Below, one piece after another: positions 52,110 through 64,000 of a stretch of DNA of 64,000 nucleotides. Made by a program: the position numbers and the translations under genes. Source of the stretch: Okamejei kenojei (lineage: Eukaryota); assembly GCA_035221665.1 (NCBI GenBank), contig CM069164.1, positions 12,338,001 to 12,402,000 of the forward strand, in the 5' to 3' direction. The notes under the pieces are model-generated. The model was not told where the DNA came from. It made no database searches and saw only the letters and a program-made list of their open reading frames with translations. Within the stretch, counting starts at the first letter, position 1; every line of letters starts with the position of its first letter.

Positions 52110-53360
52110 TAGATACAAAAAGCTGGACAGGCAGCATCTCTTGAGAAAAGCAATGGGTGACGTTTCGGGTTGAGACTTCTTCGGACTAGTTAGGGATAAG
52201 GGAAATTAGAGATATAGACGATGATGTAGAGAGATAAAGAACAATGAATGAAAAGTATGCAAAAAAGTAATGAAGATAAAGGAAACAGGCCATTGCTAGC
52301 TGTTTGTTGGGTGAAAACGAGAAGCTGGTGAGTCTTGGTTGGGAGAGGGAAAGAGAGGGAATGCCGGGGTTATTTGAAGTTAGAGAAATCAATATTCATA
52401 CCACTGGGCAGTAAGCTGCCCAAGCAAAATATGAGATGCTCTTTCTCCAATTTGCGTTTAGCCTCACTCTGACAATGGAAGAGACCTAGGACAGAATGTG
52501 AAGGAGAATTAAAGTGTTTAGCAACCAGGAGATCAGGTAGGATCCGGCAAGCTGAGCGAAGGCGTTCAGCGAAACAATCGCCCAGTCTACATTTGGTCTC
52601 GCCAATGTTTACGTGTCCACATCTTGAACAACAGATACAGTAGATGTGGTTGGAGGAGGTGCAAGTGAATCTCTGCCTAATCTGAAAGGACTGTCGGGGT
52701 CCCTGGACAGAATCGAGGGAGGATGCAACACCCTCCCAATACCTTTAGGGACAGGTGTTGCATCTTCTGCAGTTGCAGGGGAAGGTACCTGGGGAGGGGG
52801 TGGTTTGATGGGAAAGGATGAGTTTACCAGGAAGTTGCAGCGGGAACGGTCTCTGTCAAAGTCAATTTTATTCATCACATGCACCCGATGGTGCAGTGAA
52901 ATGAATTTGCCAGCAGCAATACACTTAAAAAGAATACACAATAGAATTTAACACAAACATCCACCACAGCATTCTTCGCTGTGGTGGAAGGCAACAACGT
53001 TCAGTCAGTTCTCCTCCTTTGTTCATCTGTGGCTGGGGCCATAAACCCTCCATAGTCGCCGCTAATGTAGTTCCCCCCTCCCCCCCACCCCACACAAGAC
53101 ACACCAAGAGACAGCTAAACTAACATTTAGACGCACCAATAAAAGCAAAGAAAGTCGAAATAACGAACACGCTGCGGCAAGACAGCCGACTCGCAGCGCC
53201 CCAACCAACCAGAAGGCGGAAAGGGGTGGAAATGGGAAGATGTGACTAGTGTTGGGATACTGTCGAAGGTGGCGAACATTTCAGTGGATTATGTGTTGTC
53301 TGCGGCGGCTGATGGGGTGAAAGGTAAGGACTAGTGGGACTGTTTATGCGATGTCTGATG
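52110..53360 (-). mobile_element. Penelope-like element fragment with a nested ~355-bp insertion (~52856-53210)
   Basis: pLTR at ~52110-52190; GIY-YIG-region sequence like 4860-5400; the colinear sequence GGTCTCTG|..AGAAGGCGGAAAGG is split by the insert. Confidence 0.8.
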
Positions 53361-55857
53361 GGGTGAGAGGTTAGGTAAATGGTACCTCGTAAAAGATAAA
53401 TGGGGTGAAGAAGCTTGGTTTCTTCACTGCCATCCATCTCTTGGTGAGTTACACTTGTTGAACTCAGCAACCCCAATGGAGATTAGAATTACAGAGTCAT
53501 ACGGAAAGTTAATAGGTCCTTCAGCCCGTCATTCACGAAAATCAAGGTGCCCCATCTGCGAGTCCCATTTCCCCCATGCCGAGCCCATATATCCCTCTAA
53601 ACCTTTCCAGTCCATATACCTGTATTAAAATATTGTTATTGTACCTGCCTCAACTATTTCCTCTAGTGATTGAAATGGGAAACCTCTGTACAGATAAATA
53701 ATGACGGTTGTGACACAGTTAATATAATAATCATAGGGAATTTAATCACCTAGGCAATAAAATGAATAGTCTTGAGGTTAAGTTCATGTGAGGTAGACAA
53801 GAAAGAGAGGTGACTTAACAAAAAGCATTATGTACCCCAACAGGGAACATACATTTCTAGATCTGGTGAGGCAGGATTAATTAATAATTTCTTCATAATG
53901 GATCATCGGAGGAAAGGTGGTGGTAATAAAATAGTAGTTCATATTCAGTCCGAAAGTGACACATTTAAAGAAAAAAAAAAATTAGAGTCCTAAGGTTAAA
54001 TAAAGACAATCACATAGATACAGAGGGCTATTAAGTCAAGAGCTGGGTAAAGTAATTGAGAAATAAGACAGAAGCAATTGCATATATTTTAAATAAATAT
54101 TTCCTAATTCTCAATGAATATATATTTCATCCAGAAACACTGAGAATCGCAATCCATTTAAATTTAACTAAAGTAATTAGCAGGCTTGTGAGGATTTGGG
54201 AAACCTATAAAAGATACAGCATGTTAATTGCTTTAAAATAAGATTGAGAAAGAGGGAATGTATGTAAAGTAGCACAAAAATAGAGAACAAAAAAGTAAGA
54301 ACCGTCATGTGAATGTAAAGAGGAAATGAATAGAAGTTAAACAAATATATTGCAAATTATCTTCATTATTCGAAAACAAAACATATAACAAAAATTGTAG
54401 ATATCCTGGACTGAAACAAATTTGATGGGACCAAAAGTTGTTGTTGCCGCTGTGTGAATTAAGTCGTTGTCAACGTTCATATTTTTGATATTCTGCAGGG
54501 GTTTCAGTGGATCGGAAAACAATAAATGTAACAATATTATTTAAGAAAAAAAGAGAGAAAGAGGGACTTGCAAGCCAGTTAACATAACATCAGCTATTGG
54601 GAAAATGCTGTAATCCATTATTAATGAATTTTAAACAAAGCATAAGAGGACCAGGCATGGTTTTATTACAGGGATATTGTTTTATAAATCTGAGAACATA
54701 ACTATCGGGATAGATAAAAGGAAGCAAACGGATGTGGTGTATTAAGATTTCCAAAAGGCCTGTTACTGCAGTCAAAGTTAGTGTGCGGAAACTCTACCCT
54801 GTAAGATATTGTTTTATAGAAACTGTAAATAAATCAAGTTGACTAAAACGGGTATTAGTGATAATTTAAAAAAAGCTGTATTTGTGAGATCCTCCAACCG
54901 TTTATTCAATGAATAAGTCATTCATATGGGAAAGTACAGTATAATCTCTGCTTCAATATGCGAGCTTCGCCTGGTCTGAGCCAGGGCAATGGCAGCAGAG
55001 TTGTTGCCTCCAGAGCCCCAGGTTATAGAGGTGTCTCATAGCTATAATCTGGCCCTTGTTATTGGCAATGCATGTGATATGAACTGTGGCTTAGATTAAG
55101 ACTGAGTTTGGTGGGTACTAATTACTCTTCATCTCTCCAGTAAGAAACAATGCCAGCACTCAGTGCCCACAAACTCAGGCAGGAATGACTGTGTTTTAGT
55201 GAGCAACTGGAAGATGCCCAGGCACCTGGAATCTAAGGCCATCGTGCACAAGAGGGAGGGAAATTCCTTCAACAAAAGCATATACATTGTTGTTTTAAGA
55301 TAATTTCATTTTGAATTTGGGGAGAAAGAAGTCAAAGACTAGAAGGAATAGTTTGAAGGTCTGAAGGGAAAGGTTTTAAGGAGATGTTAAGGAGATGCAA
55401 GTTTTATTTTTACCCAGAGAATAGTGAGTGCCAATAAAATGCTGCCATTGGTGGTAGTGGAACAGATAAAATAGTGAAATTTAAGAAGCTTTTAGATAGG
55501 TGCATGGATATGCAGAGAATGGAGACATATACATCACGTAAAGGCCGATTAGTTTAACTTGGTATCATGTTTGGCACAGAGATTGTGGGCCGAAGGGCCT
55601 GTTCCTGTGCTATGCTGTGTGCTATACTGTTCAATGTTGCTGCTTTCAGAAATTGGCATGACTAAATAGGATTTCCAAATGTATATAATATAGCACATAT
55701 CCTCTATATAAACCTGTTTATATAATTTAGAAAAAAAACCTTGCAACAAACTGATTTGTTTAATAGAATAAAACCATGGTTATAATGATGTCAGAGAAGA
55801 CCACCTATAGTGCTTACTACCGTGGCAAACCTTGTGAGACAAGAAAAACTTCAATAC

Positions 55858-55983
55858 CTTAATATCAAAACCAATCCCGTGAGCTTTAAAAATCTTGAAG
55901 AGTACACTGTAGTGGACCATGGATAAATTGCCATGTTTCAACTGTGTGCTTAACACTCCGTAACGTTTCACAAAAGGAAGTTG
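55858..55983 (-). CDS. IQCH: IQCH coding exon: QLPFVKRYGVLSTQLKHGNLSMVHYSVLFKIFKAHGIGFDIK
   Basis: TTTCAG|CAA...AAG|GTATTG; 126 nt, phase 0/0; matches recalled RYAV..TQL.HSNLS.V....L.I..AHGIGYD. Confidence 0.92.
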
Positions 55984-56189
55984 CTGAAAGGCAAATAATA
56001 TCTAGTACAGATATGTATATATTATCATGAAACCCTACTGTGGCCTATTAAGCTTAAATGAGGAACTCAGATAAGTGCATCTGCCGATCAAATATTTTGG
56101 TTGATATGATTTCATTAAAGTATGACACAAGCCTTTTTAATACATTTATTAAAAACAAAGCTCAGTAAAACTCATGGAAGACTAGGGCG

Positions 56190-56820
56190 ACAACCCATTT
56201 GCTGGAGGAACTCAGCATATCAAGCAAGGATGGAGATGGACATTTTGGGTCAGGACACCTCATCAGCATTGAAAGGGTAGAGGGGGAAATACTGTAGCCA
56301 GAATATAAAGAGGGGAAGGCATGCTGCAGGAGCTGGCAAGTGATAGATGGATCTAGGTGAGGAAGGGCTAATTGGTACATAGAGTCAGGTCAGGTGGGAG
56401 AGGAAATGGTGGAGATGGTGACTGAGGCTGGGATAAGATAGGTGGAGAAAACAAAGGGCTGCAGATGGCGGAATCTGACTGGAAAGAAACGTGAAACATG
56501 CAACCAAATAAGGGAAGTAGGACAGGTGATGATGAACAAGTGGGTGGGGGAAGAAAAATAAACTGCCTAATAGGGGTTGGCAGGTAGGGTTGATAATCAG
56601 GGTATCTGTGAGAGAACCTGGGTAGATTAGAAGGCCAGAGAAAGGGGCAAAGGATAAGTGGATTACTTGAAATTGGAGAATTCAATGTTCATGCCATCAG
56701 GTTATAAGCTGCTCTTTCTCTAATCTGTGTTTGGCAACACCCTGGCAATGGAGGAGGCTAAGGATGGATTGTTTGCTTGGCACAGCGCACAAGAAGTCTG
56801 CGTTTGGTCTCACTGATGTC
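56190..56820 (-). mobile_element. Degenerate Penelope-like 3' fragment / pLTR
   Basis: GCTGGAGGAACTCAGC and TTACTTGAAATTGGAGAATTCAATGTTCAT motifs shared with the other copies. Confidence 0.65.
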
Positions 56821-59008
56821 CAGGGTCAGGGCAAGGAGCTCAGTGTTGGGAGCATGGCGTGAATGACCATGATTGGTTCTTTAATGCAGAGCTGTGAGGA
56901 CAGACCCACTGGTACCATATTCAGCTAACAAATCTTCTGGAAACTGATCCAAGGATACTGTCCCCCAATGGCAGGTCAGTCTGGAGAGGGAACCTCAAAC
57001 AGGCATTAGGCTGTTCTAGTTAAATAAACTAACCTAACTTCTGAATCATACTTGGGTAAAGGATTTGAATTGTTTGTCCAATTCCATTGTAGAAATATGT
57101 GCCAGAAGATCCCATCATACAAGTGGCAGGTGAACCAAATGACAGTATCTTTCCCTTGCTTCCTGTGCCTAAGTGCTGTTAATCTATTTTGTAGCCTCAC
57201 AAGAGTTCAATCTCCCCAGAATTTCTGGCTCATTGGTGAATATTTAAATTTTCTTTCAGTTATGCTGCATCTGAATTGCTCTTTTTTGAAGAACCAACTT
57301 ATAATTCATATCTACAAAATTTAATAATAATAAAAATTAATAATTGAACATCAAGGGAAATGACAGGAAATGTATGACACACCTGTGGGATGTTCCTTCT
57401 GGCTGATGTCATGGGGAGAAAATGGATACACCATTATTTCACATTCAAAATTTGATATTAAATTTATTTTTAAAGTTAATTATGGATTGTGCTTTTATGA
57501 TATGCAGAAGTAACTCAAGGGGAAGTGTAATAAAAATTATTTAAAACAAATGAGAAAAAAAAACGTAAAATCATTATATTTTCAAAATTGTGGCAACATA
57601 ATACATATGAAGAGGGTTGAGGTGAATTATTTAGGACCAGGCTGTACATAGAGGAGATTTGGTGTAAGAAATACCAAATTGCCGATGGTGTTTAAGGATC
57701 TTTTGTTAAATGTTATGGAATTATAAATCATGTCTACTTATGAAGAGTAACCGTGGAATATCTGGTATGTTTAAACTGTGAACCTTCTCCATCCCTTCGT
57801 GAATTAGTTTGTCCTTAGCCAGGGCCACAGAGTGGGTAGTGGGATTGGCCTTAATATTCTTGGGCAGGGACGGGTAAAGCCAGCTGGAGTTGTTAGCCAG
57901 TGAATTCCTACACAGGAAGGTTCTGTACACTAAGCACAGATATGGGCTGTGCAATAACATGTCCACAGTCATACCGTATTTCTGTGCTTGTACAAACAGA
58001 ATGGCCACTAAAGCATGCCGTAACCTGCTCAGGTTATTGCCAATCCAGCCTCACCCGGAGACTGAGACAAGTCAGCAGTTTCAGAAAGTGAGAGAGAAAA
58101 ATAGAGGGTACAGAAAGGAAATGGAACTTGATGTCATTCTGTTCCTGACCCACCTCACTGTGACGATCAAGATGTGAAGAAGCAGAGCAGTTAATGTCAA
58201 AACATCTTTTGTAATTAAAGGTTGTTTCACTGTTTGAGTATACTTGCTCGGAGTGGCCAGCAGTCTAATATCGAGATGGTAGTGCGGAAGCTAGGAAAAC
58301 GTGCTTCTCCTACTTGGTGTTAAACATCTCATTGAAAATTAATCATGTTTATAATATTCATAGATTTAATAACACTCATTGATCATATCATTAACTGTAA
58401 AAGGAGAAACTTACAAAATCTGTTGTGTGTACTATGGGACTGCAACTAAATTAATGTTTGACAGAATAATACAAGCAGCAGTTTAACAACCGTAAACTTG
58501 AATATCATTGCAATAATGGAGTACTATTGTTTAACATTTGGCAGTTGATGAGGTGCTCATTATAACAATGATGTATGCATACGCATGCATAATGAATTGC
58601 ATCATGAATTATTTATGTGTTGATTATTTAGCTGCATTTATGTGGATGGTAATGTATTGCAAATATAATGAATGTTTAGCTTTATAGATATTGCATGTTT
58701 AGCTTTATAGATATTGCATGGTTTTTTTTCCACAGTTAGGGTGCGTGGCTTTTTCAGTATTAATTCTGAATGCTTTCAGGCAATTTTGTTCCTGATAAGG
58801 TATCCAATGCAGTGGTTTCTCACGCAAGCATTAATTAATTACTATATTCTGTTTTTAACCCCGCTGACATCCAAAAGTATGTAAGTGCTCTGTAATGACT
58901 TCTAATTAATTTCTGATTGTAATGAGAGGAACGGTTATGAAATTATTTTATGGTTGAGGTGCTTCAAATTTCTAATTTGATTGCTTGTTGTAAAACGTGC
59001 ACACTTAC

Positions 59009-59191
59009 AGTTTGCGTTTGCACCTCTTTTGCCACTTCGTGCCTGCGAAGTCTCCTTTTTTTCTCCTGCAGCTTTGGAGGCACTTCAAAGGTGTTGTCTT
59101 TACAGGCCAGATTCCCGTGAGAAATGAAGAGCATCAGTTGTGTCATGGCCAGCTGGTTACTGTAGGCCAGGTCTAAGTCTGTAGCCCAGAC
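59009..59191 (-). CDS. IQCH: IQCH coding exon: VWATDLDLAYSNQLAMTQLMLF...EVQTQT; upstream exons probably lie beyond the right edge
   Basis: TTCTTCCAG|GTC...ACT|GTAAGT; 183 nt; matches recalled VWAT.L.LAYSDQLALTQL..Y...G.L.C...T.EVP. Confidence 0.92.
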
Positions 59192-59419
59192 CTGGAAGAA
59201 AAATATGAAAGATCTACATTCATCAAGCACCTTCCCCAGCCTAATGCCACACAGCACTACACAACTAATGAAATAACTTTGATCACTGTTTTTATTCAGG
59301 AAACATGTCTACTCATCTGCATTCATTGCGCTGTGAGGAAACCTCTCTATCCATGTGAAAGCATCTCTGACAGTTATATTTCCTCTGCATGTCAATGGAG
59401 CATTGATTGAATGATTGAA

Positions 59420-59710
59420 TTGATTGAAAGATATACCAATAAAACAGGCCTTTCAGTTGACCGAGTCCACACTGACCACCAAACATCCGTTCACACTTGC
59501 ACTATGTTATCCCACTTTTGATGCACTCACTAAACACCAAGTCCAATTTACAGAAGCCTTTTAACCAAGAAGCCTTCACGTCTTTGTGATGAGGGAGGAA
59601 ACCAGAGCACCCGGAGGAAACCCATGGAGTCACAGGCAGAATGTACAAATTCCACACAGACAGCACCCGAGGTCTGGTACTGTGAGGCAGTGGGCCTATC
59701 AGCTGCCCCA
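59420..59710 (-). mobile_element. HE1/V-SINE-type SINE, apparently inserted into an older Deu-SINE remnant
   Basis: V-core reverse complement GAGGAAACCAGAGCACCCGGAGGAAACCCA..GTCACAGG. Confidence 0.75.
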
Positions 59711-60284
59711 AAGATTATGTTAAAGAAAACATCTGAATGTTGTGCTCTAATATCTCAAGATGGATATGAACTCACAACAGTCTGATTCAGAGGAATGAAC
59801 CACAGCTGATGCCAGGCGAACAATCACACTCCATCAGTTGTAAGTGTAATAAGTATAAATGGTTTTCAGTTAAAATATGATACTGTGCCTCAGAGCATAG
59901 AACATTGAACGTAAGCACAGGCCCTTTGCCCCACCAGGTATATGCAACATGATGCCAGTCTAACTACCATCTACCTGCACATGGTCGATATCCCATCTAT
60001 TTCCTGCCTGTTCTTATGACTATATAAATGGCTCTTAAGTGTGCTATCCAATGTCTCCTGCAACCAAATCTGGCAGTATGTTCCAGGCACTTACACTCTC
60101 TGTGTAAAAAATGAGCCTTGCACCTCTCCCTTAAACTGTAGATACTCAAAATAGTGAAGTATAGGCCAGATTATCCCAATATTGAATTAACTGGGCTCTG
60201 CCAGAGCAGCAACTAGATCCAACAAAGCCAGCCCAAATGAGTGCTCCACCTATCAGATTACTACCAGATCTACCTACTGGAAAG

Positions 60285-61660
60285 CACAAGGTGTGCCCAA
60301 CACCCTCATCCTGATGGCCACCTTCATGTGTGGCTGCATCGGGCTGTATGTAAAGCCAAAGTACTTGGGCCATGACCTGCTGCAGTTTTATCTGTCCATG
60401 GCATTGTAAAGGATGGACCTGCCTCAGCTGCTGCACAATATGGCAGTTAACTGGACATTGCTGCACTATCTGTCTTTTGTGGAAAGGTTCTACCGGACCA
60501 AGGGGGGCACATAAGTCTACTGACGTGCAGTGGTCAGCACGGAACATCCTGCAGGCACTACTGAAAAAGGACTCCATGGATCCTGCGGTGTGGTTCCCTG
60601 AGCAGACTGCCCAGCTTGTCTGGTGAAATGGCTCATCATTAGAACTCACCAACAAGCACCAAGAGCTGGGGCCCTCAGATCCTTCCTGCACCGTCAGAAT
60701 CTTATTACCAGTGCACGCTGCCCTCAGGGTGTCTGCCACAGAGAGGAGATGGTTGCCCATCTCTTCGCAGAGTATGGGTTTGCAATGAGAGTCTGGATAA
60801 TGACACAAGGGTCCTTGTCACAGTTTATCACAAACAGTTCCGTAACAGAGGATTCTCCGATTTACGGACTGTTCCTAGGGTCACATTCAGAGATGGACAT
60901 CAAGTGCTGCTGGAAGGTCATCAATTCGATGAAAGACGCTTTTTGGTCTGCCTGAAATGTGTTGATCTACCAGCAGAGAGAGTTGTATGTCTGGGACAGT
61001 TGCTGACTGGCCCATTCCAGACTGCAGGTGTATGTGCTGAGGGACGGAATAAAGCATGGTGCAGCTCTGTGGGGGAGGAGCAGAGTCTAGGGTCTTTCTA
61101 CTGCTGCACAGTGGGGTTCAGGGTCTGGTGGAGACGCCCCTCAAACAAGGGAAGAGATATCACCCCAGGGGGGCACATAAGTCTACTGACGTGCATCGTA
61201 ACCTGTATAACCCGGTCCATCTTTGAACCCCAGATGAACGGGAAGACAACCTGGATGATCACCGAGACACAGGAGTGGGGGACGGGCCACACCTGTGCCA
61301 AGTACAGCAGCCCCAAGACCACCAAACACCCGATGACCAAATTGTTCCCCATTATTAAGAGGGAACGCTGCTTCCACAGACTCAATTTTTTTTTCCAACC
61401 TTTGCTAATCGCTCCAGCCTATTCTTGTCACGGGCCTCAGCCCCCCCCCCCCCCCCCCCACCCGAACCAGATCCCCAACACCCTCAATGTCAGACTTGAT
61501 GGTGAAGGGGATGGAAGATTGGTCAGGCCGGTTGCCGAATAGCATAGCCTCGCTCTTCCTGCGGTTAACTCTGGCACCTGCCGTCAACTGATTAATCTGC
61601 GGACCGACCCTGGATCTGAGCAGAAGATGGCGACATCATCCATGTACAAGGAGGTTTTGA
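60285..61660. mobile_element. L1/Tx1-clade LINE ORF2 remnant in two opposing pieces (3' part on plus ~60285-61170; RT part on minus ~61190-61660)
   Basis: Minus strand: YMDDVAIF, GARVNRRKSEAM, FIWGSKMDRV. Plus strand: LMATFMCGC, QWSARNIL and zinc-knuckle-like RCP..C..EE.VAHLF. Confidence 0.8.
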
Positions 61661-63304
61661 CCAAATGTGGTATGTACCACATTTACACAACATTATTTGG
61701 TACATTTAGTGCTACAACACTGTATGGCGGGAGTCCATTTCTCAGTCGTAATGTCTACAACTCCTGTGGGCTATGAGGAACAACATCACTTTAAATTTTT
61801 GTTGCAAATTTTCCAATCAAAACCTAATGTTCAATTATCGATTATGAAAAGATTGAATATTCTGTTCCTATCAACCCCCTGTGCCCACTTCCCCCCACCT
61901 CTAACATCTCTCTCCAGTTTCCTCGGTTTCATTGTGGAATGTGATGCTGAAGACTTTCTCTGGCCGGATAACCTTGGGTGCAAATAATATCAGCTCTCAG
62001 AATGACGCTCTAAAGACAACAAGTATCTATAGAATAGTTCCAAAATATTAGCCATCAACCTCTTGAAAGGTGGAAGGGCACATGTCATTATGATCATACA
62101 GTATAGGTACTAGTGAGATAACTTGTACTAAGAATCCTTACATCATCTGTACTACAAATGCTACAATTAGTCACAATGTCCCTGCCTTGTGTGAGGGAAA
62201 ACCGCACTGATTTCTATTAATCGACCAATGCATGCGTGGACATGTAACATTGGGCAAGGACATAAGGTGATTTTCAACATGATGGACTAGCCTCGAGACA
62301 TTCATTGTCAGGAAAGGAGCAATGAGAAAGGAAATAAATAGATGGTATTTGGCAAGGGTGAGAAGTCCGGTCACTTTGTCCATTCTGAATGATCGTTTTC
62401 CCTCTGCTGTGTTCTCAAGAATTCACAGACAGTTTGACCAGCTGATTTGAAGTTAACTCACATACAGGACAATGGATCTCTCTAATTTGTAACATTCCTA
62501 TCACTGCCCAATCCACAAGAGGGCCATTTCCTGTCGTACTTTCGACTGAGCAGAAACTGTACATGCACTGGAGTAATTCCTGCTGGGCATATTTACAAAA
62601 ACGTAACCAGTAAACATGCTGCTTTGAGCAATCACATTCTCCCAGCCCGGCCTTCCATAACAGACCCAGTGGTGGCTGACTTCGGTGAGCATGGAATGGT
62701 AAATGACATCATTATAAGGATATTAAGAGGTCAAAGAAACAAGACCATCTGTTAAAACGGGACTAATTTCCAAGTAATATTTTAGTAGCAGTTCCTCCTT
62801 TCCTGCACGGAGAAATAAATTATAATTGATAACATCCTGAATAAATACTGCATGCTACCACTGTTGGCCGCAGTGATGCCATTTTTCAACTTAAGTGCTT
62901 GGTGCCAGAAACAAAACACAAATTCATTACTAAATAGCTGTTTTTGGTTCATATTCGCAATACTTTTATCTCCTGATCTTCGCTCGCCATTGAATGCAGC
63001 GCATGTAATAAATATAAGTCCTGTGTTCATTGGAAAATACATTCACCGAGATCTAAATGCAAAATTACTACTTTCCAGAATTCACAATTAAAATATGCAC
63101 CAAAATAGTAAAACAATAACATTCGCCTATAATCACATAGATCTTTCTTATTTCCAAAGATGCTTCTATTGGGTTTTAAGAATCAAAGTCTTTGGAATGT
63201 GGCCCTGCTGGTTATAAGTTGAGTGACCAAAAAAGATTTTCCAGATCAGTTGGCTGATATGGCCAGTAATCTCAAAGGTGCATGCAGCTTTTCTTAACCT
63301 TTCT

Positions 63305-63525
63305 ATGACAATAGACAATGGACAATAGGTACAGGAGTAGGCCATTCGGCCCTTCGAGCCAGCACCGCCATTCAATGTGAACATGGCTGATCATCCCCAA
63401 TCAGTACCCCGTTCCTGCCTTCTCCCATATCCCCTGACTCTGCTATCTTTAAGAGCCCTATCCAGCTCTCTCTTGAAAGTATCCAAAGAACCGGCCTCCA
63501 CCGCCGTCTGAGGCAGAGAATTACA
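63305..63525 (-). mobile_element. CR1 (HER1-like) short 3' fragment
   Basis: GACAATA tail; similar to 37333-37540. Confidence 0.85.
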
Positions 63526-64000
63526 CAGACAAAGAGGAAAACCGCACAAGTTCTGCACATTTGCCCATTGTCAAAAATCAATTCTAAAAGTATGGATAGT
63601 GAATGAATTATCTGCGATGCTTCCCATGGTGCAACAGTCCAAAATTATTCGTGGTCACAAAACCTTGGGCAAAGTAGCTGATGGCATCCAGTCCCTGTGG
63701 AACAACAATGAATGAATGAGTGCCTTCAGGAAAAGAGGAGGGGCTATGAAGCATACTGGCTTTGGAATACATCGCAAGATTGAACTGCAGAAACACTTTA
63801 ATCCTCATTATACTAATGGCATTTTCAGGATATTTACAAATAGTTTAATTTACTATTTTCTGTAAGAAGGCGAGAGCCAATGAACCATATTTGGTTCATT
63901 TTGTCCTTATGTAGAAAAGAAAGAAACTTATTTCATAAAAATACTGTGGAATTTTAGTTGAAGGAAAAGTACTAACAATTAGTTAGTTATAGGACTAGCC

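Noticed and set aside
60146-61542. Long ORFs of 220 aa and 212 aa
   Set aside because: Off-frame or antisense readings of the Tx1-like LINE remnant.
63608-63808. ORF tested as a further upstream IQCH exon
   Set aside because: No resemblance to the expected IQCH sequence and no convincing splice sites.

Overview
Eukaryotic vertebrate genomic DNA. The repeat content (HE1-type SINEs, CR1/HER1 LINEs, Penelope-like elements, Deu-SINE remnants) points to a cartilaginous fish, probably a skate or ray (inference). Three spliced genes lie on the minus strand in the order known from human 15q23: the last five coding exons of IQCH (59191 to 46006), the complete C15orf61 orthologue (CpG-rich first exon near 40.5 kb, coding exons 38702-38366 and 36264-36137), and coding exon 1 of MAP2K5 (1146-1021), whose first intron holds a 28-bp minisatellite. 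The rest is transposon-rich intronic and intergenic DNA, including a near-complete 1.6-kb Tc1 element, PIF/Harbinger-type MITEs and RTE-X-, Rex/Babar-, Tx1- and L2-like LINE fragments. The most notable find is a ~135-nt retroposon at 21554-21689 (minus strand, 12-13-bp TSD, (GAA)n tail) whose first 54 nt fold by eye into a minimal HDV/CPEB3-like self-cleaving ribozyme. Penelope-derived repeats also carry hammerhead-like cores. Gene and repeat-family assignments come from recalled sequences, not database searches, and repeat boundaries are approximate unless a TSD or TIR is given.
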